Of a stretch of 62,854 bases of DNA, positions 1 through 11,235 are shown piece by piece. The notes beneath the pieces are model-generated. The model searched no databases. It was given only the letters and a program-made list of their open reading frames with translations, and had not been told where the DNA came from. The stretch's first letter is position 1. Every line of letters starts with the position of its first letter. The position numbers were made by a program, and so were the translations under genes. The stretch comes from Flavobacteriales bacterium (GTDB lineage: Bacteria; Bacteroidota; Bacteroidia; Flavobacteriales; Flavobacteriaceae): contig JAHEDS010000007.1 of NCBI GenBank assembly GCA_024641135.1, positions 1 through 62,854 on the forward strand, written 5' to 3'.

Positions 1-1292
1 GTCTTTCTGTGCCCTCTAATTTCTGCTTCGTCTCTCAAACCTCCCAAAGACATACGTACATATTCTCTCCCCAAAGCTTCAGCAATTGATTTTCCAAGAG
101 ATGTTTTACCAACACCAGGAGGACCATATAAACATAAAATTGGTGATTTCATGTCGTTCCTTAGTTTTAAAACTGCCAAATGCTCAATAATTCTGCGCTT
201 AACATCTTCCAAACCAAAATGGTCTCTATCAAGTATTTTTCTTGCTCTTTTTAAATCAAACTTATCTTTGCTATACTCATTCCAAGGCAACTCTAAAAAC
301 AAGTCTAAATAATTTCTTTGAATAGAATATTCTGCAACCTGAGGATTCATACGTTGCATTTTCGCTAATTCCTTTTCAAAATGACTTGCTACTTTTTCAT
401 CCCAACGTTTACTTTTTGCTCGCACTCTCATTTCATCAATCTCCTCATCATGACTAACACCACCCAATTCTTCCTGAATAGTTTTCATTTGTTGATGTAA
501 GAAATACTCGCGTTGCTGCTGGCTCATATCCATTTGAACCTTCGACTGAATATCGTTTTTAAGCTCCAATTTTTGAAACTCGACATTCATATACTTAAGA
601 GTCTCAAGAGCCCTCTTTTTTAAGTCGTTTATTTCCAATAGACTTTGTTTTTCGGCAACAGACAAATTCATGTTTGAAGACACAAAATTTACTAAAAATG
701 ACGTGCTTTCTATATTTTTTATTGCGAATGATGCTTCACTTGGAATATTTGGACTATCCTTTATAATTTGAAGAGCCAAATCTTTTATAGAATCTATGAT
801 TGCATTAAATTCCTTATTGCTTACAGCGGGTCTCGCCTCTGGAATTTCCCTCGTAGTAGCGTTCATATAAGGTTCCTCGGTAATAACTTCAGCTATTTTA
901 AACCGTTTTTTACCCTGAATTATAACAGTTACATTACCATCGGGCATTTTTAAAACTCTTAAAATACGAGCTACCGTTCCTGTTGCATGGATATCTTTTG
1001 CCGTTGGATCTTCTATAGATTCGTCTTTTTGAGCAACAACCCCAATGACCTTATTCCCCTTATTAGCATCATTTATCAATTTAATAGACTTATCTCTTCC
1101 GGCAGTTATAGGAATAACAACACCAGGAAAAAGGACTGTATTACGTAAAGGTAAAATAGGTAAGATTTCGGGTAAAATCTCATTATTTATTTCTTCTTCA
1201 TCTTCAGGAGTCATTAAGGGAATCAATTCAGAATTTTCATCAAATTCCTGAAATGACAAACTGTCAAGACTTATAAAATTAGATTTCTTCAT
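1..1292 (-). CDS. lon: ATP-dependent Lon protease, 5' part (runs off the left edge of the window)
   Basis: Not in the ORF track. Manual translation from ATG at 1292 gives LPLRNTVLFPGVVIP (Lon N-domain), QQREYFLHQQMK, Walker A GPPGVGKT and MSLGGLRDEAEIRGHRK. Confidence 0.97.
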   Translation of the reverse strand, partial: MKKSNFISLDSLSFQEFDENSELIPLMTPEDEEEINNEILPEILPILPLRNTVLFPGVVIPITAGRDKSIKLINDANKGNKVIGVVAQKDESIEDPTAKDIHATGTVARILRVLKMPDGNVTVIIQGKKRFKIAEVITEEPYMNATTREIPEARPAVSNKEFNAIIDSIKDLALQIIKDSPNIPSEASFAIKNIESTSFLVNFVSSNMNLSVAEKQSLLEINDLKKRALETLKYMNVEFQKLELKNDIQSKVQMDMSQQQREYFLHQQMKTIQEELGGVSHDEEIDEMRVRAKSKRWDEKVASHFEKELAKMQRMNPQVAEYSIQRNYLDLFLELPWNEYSKDKFDLKRARKILDRDHFGLEDVKRRIIEHLAVLKLRNDMKSPILCLYGPPGVGKTSLGKSIAEALGREYVRMSLGGLRDEAEIRGHRK

Positions 1293-1316
1293 ATATATAT
1301 TTAAGCCAATATGTCA
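1254..1316. promoter_or_regulatory. Two TGACA-N3-TG(T/G)CA-type palindromes at the lon start (candidate operators)
   Basis: Perfect TGACA-AAC-TGTCA at 1254-1266 inside the early CDS. Imperfect TGACA-TAT-TGGCT on the minus strand at 1304-1316. Confidence 0.4.
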
Positions 1317-1419
1317 TTTTAAGACATTTGGTTATAATTAATTTTATTTATTCGTTTTAATAAAATACTGTATTTCAATTGTTTAATTAAATCATTCAAT
1401 CTTTATAAACATAACAAGG

Positions 1420-1434
1420 TCAATAGCTGTGCCA
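1420..1434 (-). promoter_or_regulatory. Sigma54-like -24/-12 promoter upstream of lon
   Basis: Minus strand TGGCAC-AGCTA-TTGA versus consensus TGGCAC-N5-TTGC, with correct spacing. Confidence 0.55.
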
Positions 1435-1490
1435 CAACAACATTTATTTTTATAAAAAACCAAAAACCGTAGGGCTCCTAACATATAACC

Positions 1491-2141
1491 TTACATTTTT
1501 CCGGCCTTTTTTAAAATAAATAGTAAAACAATAGGAATTGCCAGTAACCCAATCATTAACAGGTTTTCTTTGAATAACCATGATGCTAAAATAAGTGTAA
1601 TCACATAACCCCCAATAGCACCACCAAAATGTGCATCGTGACCAATGTTCCCTACTCGGTTCTTCATTCCATAAATAGAATATAACAAGTAGCCAATTCC
1701 AAATAAATATGCAGGTATAGGAATTGGAATAAAAAACATGTACAAACTCATTCCCGGTTGTAATAAAATGGCAGAATAAATCACACCCATCACTGCTCCA
1801 CTCGCTCCAACTGCACTATAATAATACTCGTCTTTATGAAAATAAAGTGATAATAAATTACCTAATAATAAACTTCCAACATATATTATTATAAAACTAT
1901 ATACCCCTAAGTCATTAATAACTACGTCTGCAAAAAAATACAATGAGAACATATTGAAAAATAAGTGGGCATTATCAACATGTAAAAATCCAGAACTAAA
2001 CAGTCTAAACTGCTCCCCTCTTCTAACACCACCAACGTTAAATTTATATTTTTCAAAAAAACCAAAATCAGAGAATCCTTTATATGAGATAATCACATTT
2101 GCAGCAATGATAATAATAGTTACTAAATCTATTTTGCTCAT
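1491..2141 (-). CDS. Rhomboid family intramembrane serine protease
   Basis: Multi-TM protein with HxxxxHLxxN, catalytic GASG and AHFGG motifs. Confidence 0.93.
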   Translation of the reverse strand: MSKIDLVTIIIIAANVIISYKGFSDFGFFEKYKFNVGGVRRGEQFRLFSSGFLHVDNAHLFFNMFSLYFFADVVINDLGVYSFIIIYVGSLLLGNLLSLYFHKDEYYYSAVGASGAVMGVIYSAILLQPGMSLYMFFIPIPIPAYLFGIGYLLYSIYGMKNRVGNIGHDAHFGGAIGGYVITLILASWLFKENLLMIGLLAIPIVLLFILKKAGKM

Positions 2142-2171
2142 AATGACTATTTATTTAAATAATTTAAAGTA

Positions 2172-2192
2172 TATATTTGTTGTGCAAATTTA
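2172..2192. promoter_or_regulatory. Divergent, interlocked Bacteroidota -7 elements
   Basis: TATATTTG on + (2172-2179) toward the acyltransferase. TAAATTTG on - (2185-2192) toward the rhomboid gene. Confidence 0.55.
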
Positions 2193-2202
2193 AAACTATT
2201 TA

Positions 2203-3084
2203 ATGCAATTTATAGCTTACATCATTCTTTATCCTTTTTTATGGCTAATTTCCATTTTGCCTTTTAGATTATTGTATTTCATTTCTGATTTAGTTTACAT
2301 TTTAATTTATCATATTTTAGGATATAGAAAGAAAGTGGTCAACTATAATTTACATTTGGCTTTTCCTGACAAAACAAATGATGAAATAAAAATTATTAGA
2401 AAAAAATTCTATCACCATTTATGCGATATGCTTGTCGAAGCTATTAAATCTATCACGATTTCTGAAGCTGAGATGATAAAACGTTATGTTTTTAAAAATG
2501 TAGAGGCTGTTCACAACCTAGAAAAAGAGAATAAAAGTATTGTACTATTTATGGGCCATTATGCAAGCTGGGAATGGGTTTTTATTTTACAAAAACATGT
2601 TAACCATAAAGGCTATGCTGTTTACAAGCAATTAAGTAATAAGTATTTTGATGCTATGGTTAAAAGAATACGAGCAAAATACAACAGTTATTTAATTACT
2701 ACAAAGGAAACATTCCCGGTACTTATTAAAGCAAAAAAAGAAAAACAATTGACTTTAAACGGATTTGTATTCGATCAATCACCAAGACTCAATAGAGCCA
2801 TACACTGGCAGAATTTTATGGGTGTAAAAGTACCTGTTCACGTTGGCGCAGAAATACTTGCAAAAAAGCTTGATATGGCCACATTTTTTTTGAAAGTAAA
2901 AAAATTAAAGCGTGGTTATTACGAAGCTACTATTATGGACATTATTAACGACCCAAAAAGTTTTGAAGATTACCAAATTACAGACGCTTATTTAAAACAT
3001 ATTGAAGAGCAAATCCTAGAAGCTCCAGAATTTTACTTATGGACTCATAAACGCTGGAAACATGCTAATAGCGCGCCAAAATAA
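2203..3084 (+). CDS. Lipid A biosynthesis acyltransferase (LpxL/HtrB family)
   Basis: N-terminal TM, HxxxWE motif (GHYASWE), FDQSP and C-terminal YLWTHKRWK. Confidence 0.9.
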   Translation: MQFIAYIILYPFLWLISILPFRLLYFISDLVYILIYHILGYRKKVVNYNLHLAFPDKTNDEIKIIRKKFYHHLCDMLVEAIKSITISEAEMIKRYVFKNVEAVHNLEKENKSIVLFMGHYASWEWVFILQKHVNHKGYAVYKQLSNKYFDAMVKRIRAKYNSYLITTKETFPVLIKAKKEKQLTLNGFVFDQSPRLNRAIHWQNFMGVKVPVHVGAEILAKKLDMATFFLKVKKLKRGYYEATIMDIINDPKSFEDYQITDAYLKHIEEQILEAPEFYLWTHKRWKHANSAPK

Positions 3085-3099
3085 TATATGAAGCAATTC

Positions 3100-4488
3100 T
3101 TATTTATTAGCAATAGCGGCTATTTCTTTAATAAAGTTATCGGCTAAAGTATCTGCTTCTAATTGAGATTTAGCTTCGGTATAAATTCTAATAATAGGCT
3201 CTGTATTGCTTTTTCGCAAATGCACCCAGCTTTCTGCAAAATCAATTTTTACACCATCAATAGTCGTTAATTGTTCATGATGGTAACGTTTCTCAATTTC
3301 TTTTAATATACCGTCTACGTCCAGACCTGGAGTAAGCTCAATTTTCTTTTTACTCATAAAGTAATTAGGATATGATTTCCGAAGTTCACTAACACTTATT
3401 TTTTTATCAGCCAATAAACTTAAAAATAATGCCACACCCACGAGTGCATCCCTTCCATAATGCGATTCAGGGTAAATAATACCTCCATTACCTTCACCAC
3501 CAATAATAACTTTATTTTTCTTCATTAATTTAACCACATTTACTTCCCCAACTGCACTTGCTTCATATTTCCCGCCATATTTCTCCGTTACATCACGTAA
3601 TGCCCTCGTTGAACTCATATTACTGACCGTATTTCCCGGTGTTCTACTTAATACGTAATCTGCGCAGGCAACCAAAGTATATTCTTCTCCAAACATATTC
3701 CCATTCTCATCCATAAAAGCAAGTCGGTCTACATCTGGATCAACTACAATTCCAAAATCAGCACGTTCTTTAACTACTTTTTCTGACAAATCTGTTAAAT
3801 GCTCTTTTAGTGGTTCTGGATTATGAGGAAATTCACCATTAGGTTCGCAATACAATTTAATAACATGAACTCCTAATCTATCTAAAAGCAATGGTATAGC
3901 AATACCTCCGGTGGAATTGACACCATCAACTACTACTTTAAATCTGGCTTCCTCAATGGCCTTTACATTAACAAGAGGTAAATCTAAAACCTCTATTATA
4001 TGTAAATCTATATAGGCCTTGTTTTTTGTTATTTTACCTAAACTATCTACATCGGCAAATAACATCTCATCACTTTCGGCAATTTCTAAAATTTTTGCAC
4101 CTTCAACGCCATCAAGAAATTCTCCTTTTGAATTTAATAGTTTTAAAGCATTCCATTGTTTAGGATTATGACTAGCCGTTAGTATAATTCCGCCATCGGC
4201 ATGCTCCATCGGAACTGCCATTTCCACAGTTGGCGTAGTTGAAAGCCCTAAATCTACAACATGAATACCTAATCCAACTAAGGTATTCATCACTAAATTC
4301 TGAATCATAGCTCCTGAAATACGCGCATCACGTCCTACTACTACTTTATAGTCGGTTTTATTTCTTTGTTGTTTAATCCAAACACCATAAGCAGCAGCAA
4401 ACTTAACTGCATCAATAGGTGTTAAATTATCTCCAACTTGACCTCCAATAGTTCCTCTAATTCCAGAAATTGATTTTATTAATGTCAT
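3100..4488 (-). CDS. glmM: Phosphoglucosamine mutase
   Basis: SGIRG, TASHNP phosphoserine loop, DPDVDR metal loop, GGEGNGG. ATG 4488 (MTLIKS) preferred over the track's start at 4509. Confidence 0.9.
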   Translation of the reverse strand: MTLIKSISGIRGTIGGQVGDNLTPIDAVKFAAAYGVWIKQQRNKTDYKVVVGRDARISGAMIQNLVMNTLVGLGIHVVDLGLSTTPTVEMAVPMEHADGGIILTASHNPKQWNALKLLNSKGEFLDGVEGAKILEIAESDEMLFADVDSLGKITKNKAYIDLHIIEVLDLPLVNVKAIEEARFKVVVDGVNSTGGIAIPLLLDRLGVHVIKLYCEPNGEFPHNPEPLKEHLTDLSEKVVKERADFGIVVDPDVDRLAFMDENGNMFGEEYTLVACADYVLSRTPGNTVSNMSSTRALRDVTEKYGGKYEASAVGEVNVVKLMKKNKVIIGGEGNGGIIYPESHYGRDALVGVALFLSLLADKKISVSELRKSYPNYFMSKKKIELTPGLDVDGILKEIEKRYHHEQLTTIDGVKIDFAESWVHLRKSNTEPIIRIYTEAKSQLEADTLADNFIKEIAAIANK

Positions 4489-4617
4489 TTTAATATGAAT
4501 TTTTAACAAACCTACATATTTTTTTCAGCTTGTATTTATTAAACTTTAAAAAATGTTTAACGATATAATTTTAAAGTTAAAATACTTATCTTCCTTTTGA
4601 ATTTGTAAATTACACCA

Positions 4618-5223
4618 ATGAATTATTTAGCACATATCTATCTTTCGGGAGAAAATGATCTTATTACCATTGGAAATTTTATTGCAGATGGTATTAAAGG
4701 AAAGGATTACAAAAAATATCCTGACGAAATCCAAATAGGTATTTTATTGCATCGACATATAGATACTTTTACTGATTCCCATAAAATAGTAAGAAAAAGC
4801 ACAAAACGTTTACATGCTAAATACAGTCATTATTCAGGTATTATTGTAGATATGCTTTATGATCATTTTTTAGCAAAAAACTGGGAAAATTACAGTAACA
4901 TTTTATTAACTGAATATGCCGAAACTTTTTATGATTCTTTAGAAATAAACTATCAATTATTGCCCTTACGAATTCAAAAATTAATGCCTTATATGAAGTC
5001 TGATAACTGGCTTGTTAGCTATGCCTCGATTGAAGGTATTTCAAAAGCATTAGAAGGGATGAATAGACGTACTAAAAACAAATCACAAATGAATGAAGCC
5101 GTTAATGAGTTGGAAGAATTTTATTCAGATTTTGAAATTGAATTCACCTGTTTTTTTGATGAGCTTTTATTGTTTTCTAAACATAAATTAAAAGAATTGA
5201 ATACTTTATTTTATACAAAATGA
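4618..5223 (+). CDS. acpH: Acyl carrier protein phosphodiesterase
   Basis: MNYLAH, GNFIAD, LHRHIDTFTDSH and DMLYDHFLA motifs of the AcpH family. Confidence 0.9.
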   Translation: MNYLAHIYLSGENDLITIGNFIADGIKGKDYKKYPDEIQIGILLHRHIDTFTDSHKIVRKSTKRLHAKYSHYSGIIVDMLYDHFLAKNWENYSNILLTEYAETFYDSLEINYQLLPLRIQKLMPYMKSDNWLVSYASIEGISKALEGMNRRTKNKSQMNEAVNELEEFYSDFEIEFTCFFDELLLFSKHKLKELNTLFYTK

Positions 5224-6923
5224 AAAAAATTATATACTATACTTTATTATTGCTTTTTATTTTTTCTTGTAAATTTTATGGTAAAAAAAATAGCTCAGAC
5301 AACATTAAAAGAGGGCTTATTTCAAAAAATGCGATGGTTGTTTCTGCACGCGAAGAGGCCTCAAAGATAGGAGTTGATATATTAAAAAAAGGAGGTAATG
5401 CTTTTGACGCCATGATGGGTACACAATTGGCATTGGCCGTTGCCTATCCGTTTGCAGGAAATCTTGGCGGTGGTGGCTTTATGGTATATAGAGAAGCTTA
5501 TGGAAATATTGGCGGGTTGGACTTCAGAGAAAAAGCCCCATTGGCAGCTACCAAAAACATGTATTTAGACGAAAATGGTGAAGTTATTCCTAACAAGAGT
5601 ACCCTAGGTGCTTTATCAGTTGGTATTCCTGGAACAATAGCAGGAGTTTTTGAAGTTCATGAGAAGTTTGGAAAGCTACCAATTAAAGAGATTATTGAAC
5701 CGGTTATTGAGCTTGCAAAAAAAGGTGTTGTTGTTACTGAAAAGCAAGCTAATACATTAAATTATTACCAGTCTCAATTCAGAGAAGTTAATAAGGATTC
5801 TATTATTTTTTACAAGAATTGGAAAGAAAATGACACAATAAAATATTTTGCATTGGCAAAAACCCTAGAGCGTATTTTAATTAATGGAAAAGATGAGTTT
5901 TACAAAGGTGAAACCGCTAAAATACTTGTTAAATTTTTACAAGAAAATGGAAGTATCATTACTGAAGAAGACTTAGCAAAATATGAAGCAAAATGGAGAA
6001 AACCTGTAACTTTTAATTATGATGATTTAAAAATAATCTCCATGGCACCTCCTTCAAGTGGTGGAATTTGCTTAGCGCAGATAATGAAAATGATTGAGCC
6101 ATATGAGTTGCATAAATATGGTCATAATTCAGAAAAATCAATCCAAATAATTACAGAAGCTGAAAGACGCGCCTATGCCGACAGAAGTTATTATTTAGGA
6201 GACCCTGATTTTGTTTCAATTCCAACAGATGAATTGATTAGCGATACTTATTTGAAATCAAGAATGTCTGATTTTTCATTTGATAATGCCACGCCTTCCT
6301 CAAAAGTTTCACATGGTAATATAAAGGTTGTTGAAAGTAATGAAACTACTCATTATTCGATAATTGACCAATTTGGAAATGCTATTTCATGCACTACAAC
6401 ATTAAATGGTGCTTATGGTTCAAAATTATATTGTTCTGAACTTGGGTTTTTCTTAAATAATGAAATGGATGATTTTAGCAGTAAACCAGGTGTTCCTAAT
6501 ATGTTTGGATTAATTGGAGCTGAAGCAAATAGTATTCAACCAGAAAAACGTATGTTAAGTTCAATGACACCTACAATAGTTGAGAAAAATGGAGAATTAT
6601 TTATGTCTGTTGGAACTCCAGGAGGCTCAACAATTATTACCTCTGTATTACAAACTATTTTAAATGTGCATGAATTTAATATGACAATGCAAGAAGCTGT
6701 TGACGCTCCTCGATTTCATCATCAATGGTTACCAGATATAGTTCAAATGGAGCCAAATTCATTTAATGCAGAACTCATTAATAAACTTCAAAACAAAGGT
6801 TATAACATCAATGAAAATGACTCACCAGTCATTGGAAAAGTTGATGGTATCATGATTTTAATCGATAAAACGCTAGAAGGCGGTGCAGATCGTCGAGGTG
6901 ATGATACGGCTGTCGGTTTTTAG
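5220..6923 (+). CDS. ggt: Gamma-glutamyltransferase (probable lipoprotein)
   Basis: GGNAFDA, DFREKAP, catalytic ETTHYS, LNNEMDDF, SSMTP, GTPGG. Lipobox-like IFSC. ATGA overlap with acpH. Confidence 0.95.
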   Translation: MKKIIYYTLLLLFIFSCKFYGKKNSSDNIKRGLISKNAMVVSAREEASKIGVDILKKGGNAFDAMMGTQLALAVAYPFAGNLGGGGFMVYREAYGNIGGLDFREKAPLAATKNMYLDENGEVIPNKSTLGALSVGIPGTIAGVFEVHEKFGKLPIKEIIEPVIELAKKGVVVTEKQANTLNYYQSQFREVNKDSIIFYKNWKENDTIKYFALAKTLERILINGKDEFYKGETAKILVKFLQENGSIITEEDLAKYEAKWRKPVTFNYDDLKIISMAPPSSGGICLAQIMKMIEPYELHKYGHNSEKSIQIITEAERRAYADRSYYLGDPDFVSIPTDELISDTYLKSRMSDFSFDNATPSSKVSHGNIKVVESNETTHYSIIDQFGNAISCTTTLNGAYGSKLYCSELGFFLNNEMDDFSSKPGVPNMFGLIGAEANSIQPEKRMLSSMTPTIVEKNGELFMSVGTPGGSTIITSVLQTILNVHEFNMTMQEAVDAPRFHHQWLPDIVQMEPNSFNAELINKLQNKGYNINENDSPVIGKVDGIMILIDKTLEGGADRRGDDTAVGF

Positions 6924-7010
6924 TTTTAATTTCCTGTTGAATCAATTCTATTTAATAATTTAGTCTTGATTTATAGATCATTCCCCAACGAATGACCCTT
7001 AACCTTATTT

Positions 7011-7727
7011 ATGAAAACAAAAAAAACATTTAAAATTATTACAGGTATAATTGTGTTTTTAACATTGCCTAGTATTTTATTTTTTGTGTTTATGTTTTTT
7101 AAATATAATGAAGACTTACCACAAGGACAACAAGGACCTGAAGCCGACGCCTTGGCATATAGTATGCTTGATGTTTTAGATTATGAAGCTTATAAAAACA
7201 CGGACTATATTGAATGGACTTTTAAAAATCTCCATCATTATAAATGGGAAAAATCCAAAAACACCTGTACGGTTTTTTGGAAAGATAACAAAGTTACACT
7301 TCACTTGAACGAACCTTCTTTAAACAGAGCTTTTATTCATGGTTTTAGAGTTGAAGGAGAAATGGGTATTGAATTAGTCGAGAAAGGCCTCTCATATTTT
7401 AATAATGATTCCTTTTGGCTAATAGCCCCATACAAAGTATTCGATAAAGGTACTGAAAGACGGTTGGTAAAATTACAAGATGGAAATAACGGATTACTTG
7501 TAACATACACAACAGGCGGAACAACACCTGGAGATTCTTATTTATGGCTATTTGAAAAAAATGGCATGCCAAAAAGCTTTAAAATGTGGACTTCTATCCT
7601 GCCTATTCAAGGATTGGAATCATCGTGGTCTCATTGGACAACAACAGAAAGCGGAGTAAAACTACCCACTTTCCATAACATTTTATTTTTAGGTATTGAA
7701 ATAACCAATATTAAGGGAACTAAATAA
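7011..7727 (+). CDS. Hypothetical protein, N-terminal membrane anchor
   Basis: 238-aa ORF with one N-terminal TM, FNNDSFWL and GGTTPGDSYLW segments. No function recognised. Confidence 0.8.
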   Translation: MKTKKTFKIITGIIVFLTLPSILFFVFMFFKYNEDLPQGQQGPEADALAYSMLDVLDYEAYKNTDYIEWTFKNLHHYKWEKSKNTCTVFWKDNKVTLHLNEPSLNRAFIHGFRVEGEMGIELVEKGLSYFNNDSFWLIAPYKVFDKGTERRLVKLQDGNNGLLVTYTTGGTTPGDSYLWLFEKNGMPKSFKMWTSILPIQGLESSWSHWTTTESGVKLPTFHNILFLGIEITNIKGTK

Positions 7728-7757
7728 ATTTCGTTAGTTCTTTTACAACTCTAAGTA

Positions 7758-8282
7758 CTAACTTGATTTCTGACCTGTGAACTGCTGAGTTTTCGATTTA
7801 AACAAAATATTAAAACTCGTTAAACTACCATAAATTCGAGTTATATACTGTTGCAAGTCTATTTTTCCTTGTTCATCTAAATTACTAGCATTGATGCGTT
7901 GTTCCATAACTCTTAGTCGATCTCTAACCATGGTTATTTTATGAAAAAAAGTATCAATAGGTAGTTCATACGATTTAAGACTTGAATCTCCAGGTTCTAA
8001 AATAAGTTTACCTCCTTTATATTTATCAGCAATTGGAACAATTTCTGAAACATCGCTCCATTTTCTTAAAATTTCTTTCAGACTACTTTCAACATCAAAA
8101 AAGCTTACGGTATCGACATCATCTTCTGTAGCTTCAATAATTTCAATTTCTGCATCAATATCAATCGTTTCTAATCCATTATCAATAAAAGTTACCCAAT
8201 AATATTTCGACGACACATTGGTAATAACGCCTTTTCCAAATTCTGCATGATTAATTCGAGAACCTATTCCTAATATTTTCAT
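7758..8282 (-). CDS. Conserved hypothetical protein
   Basis: 174-aa ORF with an SH3-like N-terminus (GSRINHAEFGKG) and a helical C-terminal domain. Confidence 0.8.
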   Translation of the reverse strand: MKILGIGSRINHAEFGKGVITNVSSKYYWVTFIDNGLETIDIDAEIEIIEATEDDVDTVSFFDVESSLKEILRKWSDVSEIVPIADKYKGGKLILEPGDSSLKSYELPIDTFFHKITMVRDRLRVMEQRINASNLDEQGKIDLQQYITRIYGSLTSFNILFKSKTQQFTGQKSS

Positions 8283-8359
8283 ATGTATGTTGTTTTATTT
8301 GAATTAACAATTATAATAAATCTAACAGTATTGACAATTAAAAATTTATACTAAAATTG

Positions 8360-8383
8360 TAACTTTGCACTTTTGCAAATTTA
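8360..8383. promoter_or_regulatory. Divergent -7 elements for uvrA and the hypothetical gene
   Basis: TAACTTTG on + (8360-8367) and TAAATTTG on - (8376-8383). Confidence 0.5.
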
Positions 8384-11214
8384 TGAGCCAATTTGAAGAG
8401 CATATTGAGGTTAAAGGCGCCAGAGTTCATAACCTAAAAAATATTGATGTTACTATACCAAGAGAAAAACTTGTTGTAATTACTGGTCTTTCGGGTAGTG
8501 GCAAATCTTCATTAGCTTTTGACACCATTTATGCCGAAGGACAACGCCGATACATTGAAACCTTTTCGGCTTATGCACGTCAATTTTTAGGAGGGCTTGA
8601 ACGACCCGATGTTGATAAAATTGATGGCTTGTCTCCTGTAATAGCTATAGAACAAAAAACCACGAGTAAATCTCCACGCTCAACAGTAGGAACTATTACT
8701 GAAATTTATGATTTCTTGCGATTATTGTATGCAAGAGCCTCAGATGCATACAGTTATAATACTGGCGAAAAAATGATTAGCTATAGCGATGCACAAATTA
8801 AAGAGCTTATTATAAGTGACTTTAAAGGAAAACGCATTAATATTCTGGCTCCAGTTGTACGTTCACGTAAAGGACATTACAGAGAATTATTTGAGCAAAT
8901 AGCAAAACAAGGATTTGTAAAGGTTAGAACAGATGGTGAAATCGTTGATTTAACCAAAGGCATGAAATTAGACCGTTATAAAACGCATGATATTGAAATT
9001 GTGATTGACAGATTAGTTATTGATGATACTGCCGATAATGACAAAAGGTTAAGCGAGTCAATAAACACAGCGATGTATCATGGTGAAGATGTACTCATCG
9101 TCCTTGATCAAGAAAGCAATAAAACCAGATATTTTAGTAGAAATTTAATGTGCCCTTCATCAGGAATTTCTTATCCGAATCCAGAACCTAATAATTTTTC
9201 GTTTAACTCACCGAAAGGTGCTTGTCCAAACTGTAATGGCATTGGAACTTTACATCAGGTTAATGAAAAGAAAATTGTTCCAGATGAAAACCTTTCAATT
9301 AAAAATGGCGCCATTGTACCACATGGACCTGAAAAAAACAGTTGGATTTTTAAACAATTTGAAATTATTTCACAGCGTTATAATTTTAAATTAAGCGATC
9401 CTTATAAAGATGTTCCTCACGAAGCTAAACAAATGATTTTGTATGGTGGTAATGAAAAATTCTCTGTAGAAAGTAAGACATTAGGTGTTACAAGAGATTA
9501 TAAAATTGACTTTGAAGGTGTTGCAAATTTTATTGAAAATCAATATAAAACAGCAGAATCAAGGTCGTTAAAAAGATGGGCCAAAGATTATATGGATAAA
9601 ATTATTTGTCCTGAATGCGAAGGTTCGAGATTAAAAAAAGAATCCCTTTACTTTAAAGTCAATGATAAAAATATTGCCGATTTGGCAAATACAGACATAA
9701 GTGAATTAGCAGAATGGTTTAAAACTTTGAATCAGAACCTGTCTGAAAAACAAGTATTAATTGCTGAAGAAATTATTAAAGAAATAAATGCTCGATTAAA
9801 ATTCCTATTAGATGTAGGTCTAGATTATTTAGCTTTAAATAGAAGTTCAAAATCATTATCTGGAGGTGAAGCACAACGTATACGATTAGCAACTCAAATA
9901 GGTTCGCAATTAGTTGGTGTTTTATATATATTAGATGAACCAAGTATTGGACTCCATCAACGAGATAATGAAAAGCTTATCAATTCTCTCATTTCTTTAA
10001 GAGATATTGGGAATTCAGTTATCGTAGTTGAACATGATAAAGATATGATAGAGCGTGCAGATTATGTTATAGATATAGGTCCTAAAGCGGGAAAACATGG
10101 TGGAGAAATTATAAGTATTGGTACGCCTGAAGAATTAAAAAAACATCATACTTTAACTGCCGATTATCTAAATGGCACAAAGCATATTGAAATTCCAAAA
10201 AAGCGACGACAAGGCAATGGTAAAGTATTAACTTTAAAAGGATGTACAGGCAACAATTTAAAAAATGTATCCGTTTCCTTTCCATTAGGTAAAATGATTG
10301 GCGTTACGGGAGTTTCGGGAAGCGGAAAATCGACTTTAATTAATGAAACTCTTTACCCAATATTAAATGCTTATTATTTTAATGGTGTTAAAAAACCTAT
10401 GCCCTATAAAAGTATCGACGGACTAAAAAATATTGATAAAGTCATTGACGTTAACCAATCACCCATTGGAAGGACGCCAAGAAGTAATCCAGTAACTTAC
10501 ACGGGAACTTTTAGTGAAATAAGAAGTTTGTTTGCTAAAATACCTGAAGCCATGATTCGTGGTTATAAGGCAGGAAGGTTTAGTTTTAATGTAAAAGGTG
10601 GTCGTTGTGAAACATGTCAAGGAGGAGGTTTACGTGTTATTGAAATGAATTTTTTACCCGATGTTTATGTAGAATGTGAAACATGCCAGGGGAAACGTTT
10701 TAATAGAGAAACTTTAGAGATTAGATATAAAGGAAAATCAATTAGCGATGTACTGGATATGACAATAAGCGAGGCTGTTTCATTTTTTGAGCACATTCCT
10801 AAAATACATAATAAGCTAAAAACCATTGAAGATGTAGGATTAGGGTACATTACTTTAGGACAACAAAGCACAACGCTTTCTGGTGGTGAAGCACAGCGTA
10901 TTAAATTAGCAACTGAATTAAGTAAAAGAGATACTGGAAACACTTTTTATATCTTAGATGAACCCACTACAGGGTTACATTTTGAAGATATTAGAGTTTT
11001 AATGCATGTACTTAATAAATTAGTCGATAAAGGCAATACAGTACTTATTATTGAGCATAATTTAGATGTTATTAAAACCGTTGATTATATAATTGATATC
11101 GGTTATGAAGGCGGTAAAGGTGGAGGCCAAATAATTGTTGAAGGCACTCCCGAACAAGTTGTACAACATAAAAAAAGCTATACAGCACAATTCCTTAAAA
11201 AAGAATTAAATTAG
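8383..11214 (+). CDS. uvrA: Excinuclease ABC subunit A
   Basis: Two ABC ATPase modules ([25 protein letters not shown] twice) and zinc-finger Cys pairs. ATG 8383 preferred because the track's TTG 8365 lies inside the -7 element. Confidence 0.98.
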   Translation: MSQFEEHIEVKGARVHNLKNIDVTIPREKLVVITGLSGSGKSSLAFDTIYAEGQRRYIETFSAYARQFLGGLERPDVDKIDGLSPVIAIEQKTTSKSPRSTVGTITEIYDFLRLLYARASDAYSYNTGEKMISYSDAQIKELIISDFKGKRINILAPVVRSRKGHYRELFEQIAKQGFVKVRTDGEIVDLTKGMKLDRYKTHDIEIVIDRLVIDDTADNDKRLSESINTAMYHGEDVLIVLDQESNKTRYFSRNLMCPSSGISYPNPEPNNFSFNSPKGACPNCNGIGTLHQVNEKKIVPDENLSIKNGAIVPHGPEKNSWIFKQFEIISQRYNFKLSDPYKDVPHEAKQMILYGGNEKFSVESKTLGVTRDYKIDFEGVANFIENQYKTAESRSLKRWAKDYMDKIICPECEGSRLKKESLYFKVNDKNIADLANTDISELAEWFKTLNQNLSEKQVLIAEEIIKEINARLKFLLDVGLDYLALNRSSKSLSGGEAQRIRLATQIGSQLVGVLYILDEPSIGLHQRDNEKLINSLISLRDIGNSVIVVEHDKDMIERADYVIDIGPKAGKHGGEIISIGTPEELKKHHTLTADYLNGTKHIEIPKKRRQGNGKVLTLKGCTGNNLKNVSVSFPLGKMIGVTGVSGSGKSTLINETLYPILNAYYFNGVKKPMPYKSIDGLKNIDKVIDVNQSPIGRTPRSNPVTYTGTFSEIRSLFAKIPEAMIRGYKAGRFSFNVKGGRCETCQGGGLRVIEMNFLPDVYVECETCQGKRFNRETLEIRYKGKSISDVLDMTISEAVSFFEHIPKIHNKLKTIEDVGLGYITLGQQSTTLSGGEAQRIKLATELSKRDTGNTFYILDEPTTGLHFEDIRVLMHVLNKLVDKGNTVLIIEHNLDVIKTVDYIIDIGYEGGKGGGQIIVEGTPEQVVQHKKSYTAQFLKKELN

Positions 11215-11235
11215 CAAGTTTTAAAATTTATTATT

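Noticed and set aside
8365-8382. Track starts at 8365 (uvrA), 58598 (usp), 4509 (glmM) and 55269 (AI-2E)
   Set aside because: The first two TTGs are part of TAnnTTTG promoter elements. In all four, a downstream ATG gives the family-typical N-terminus.
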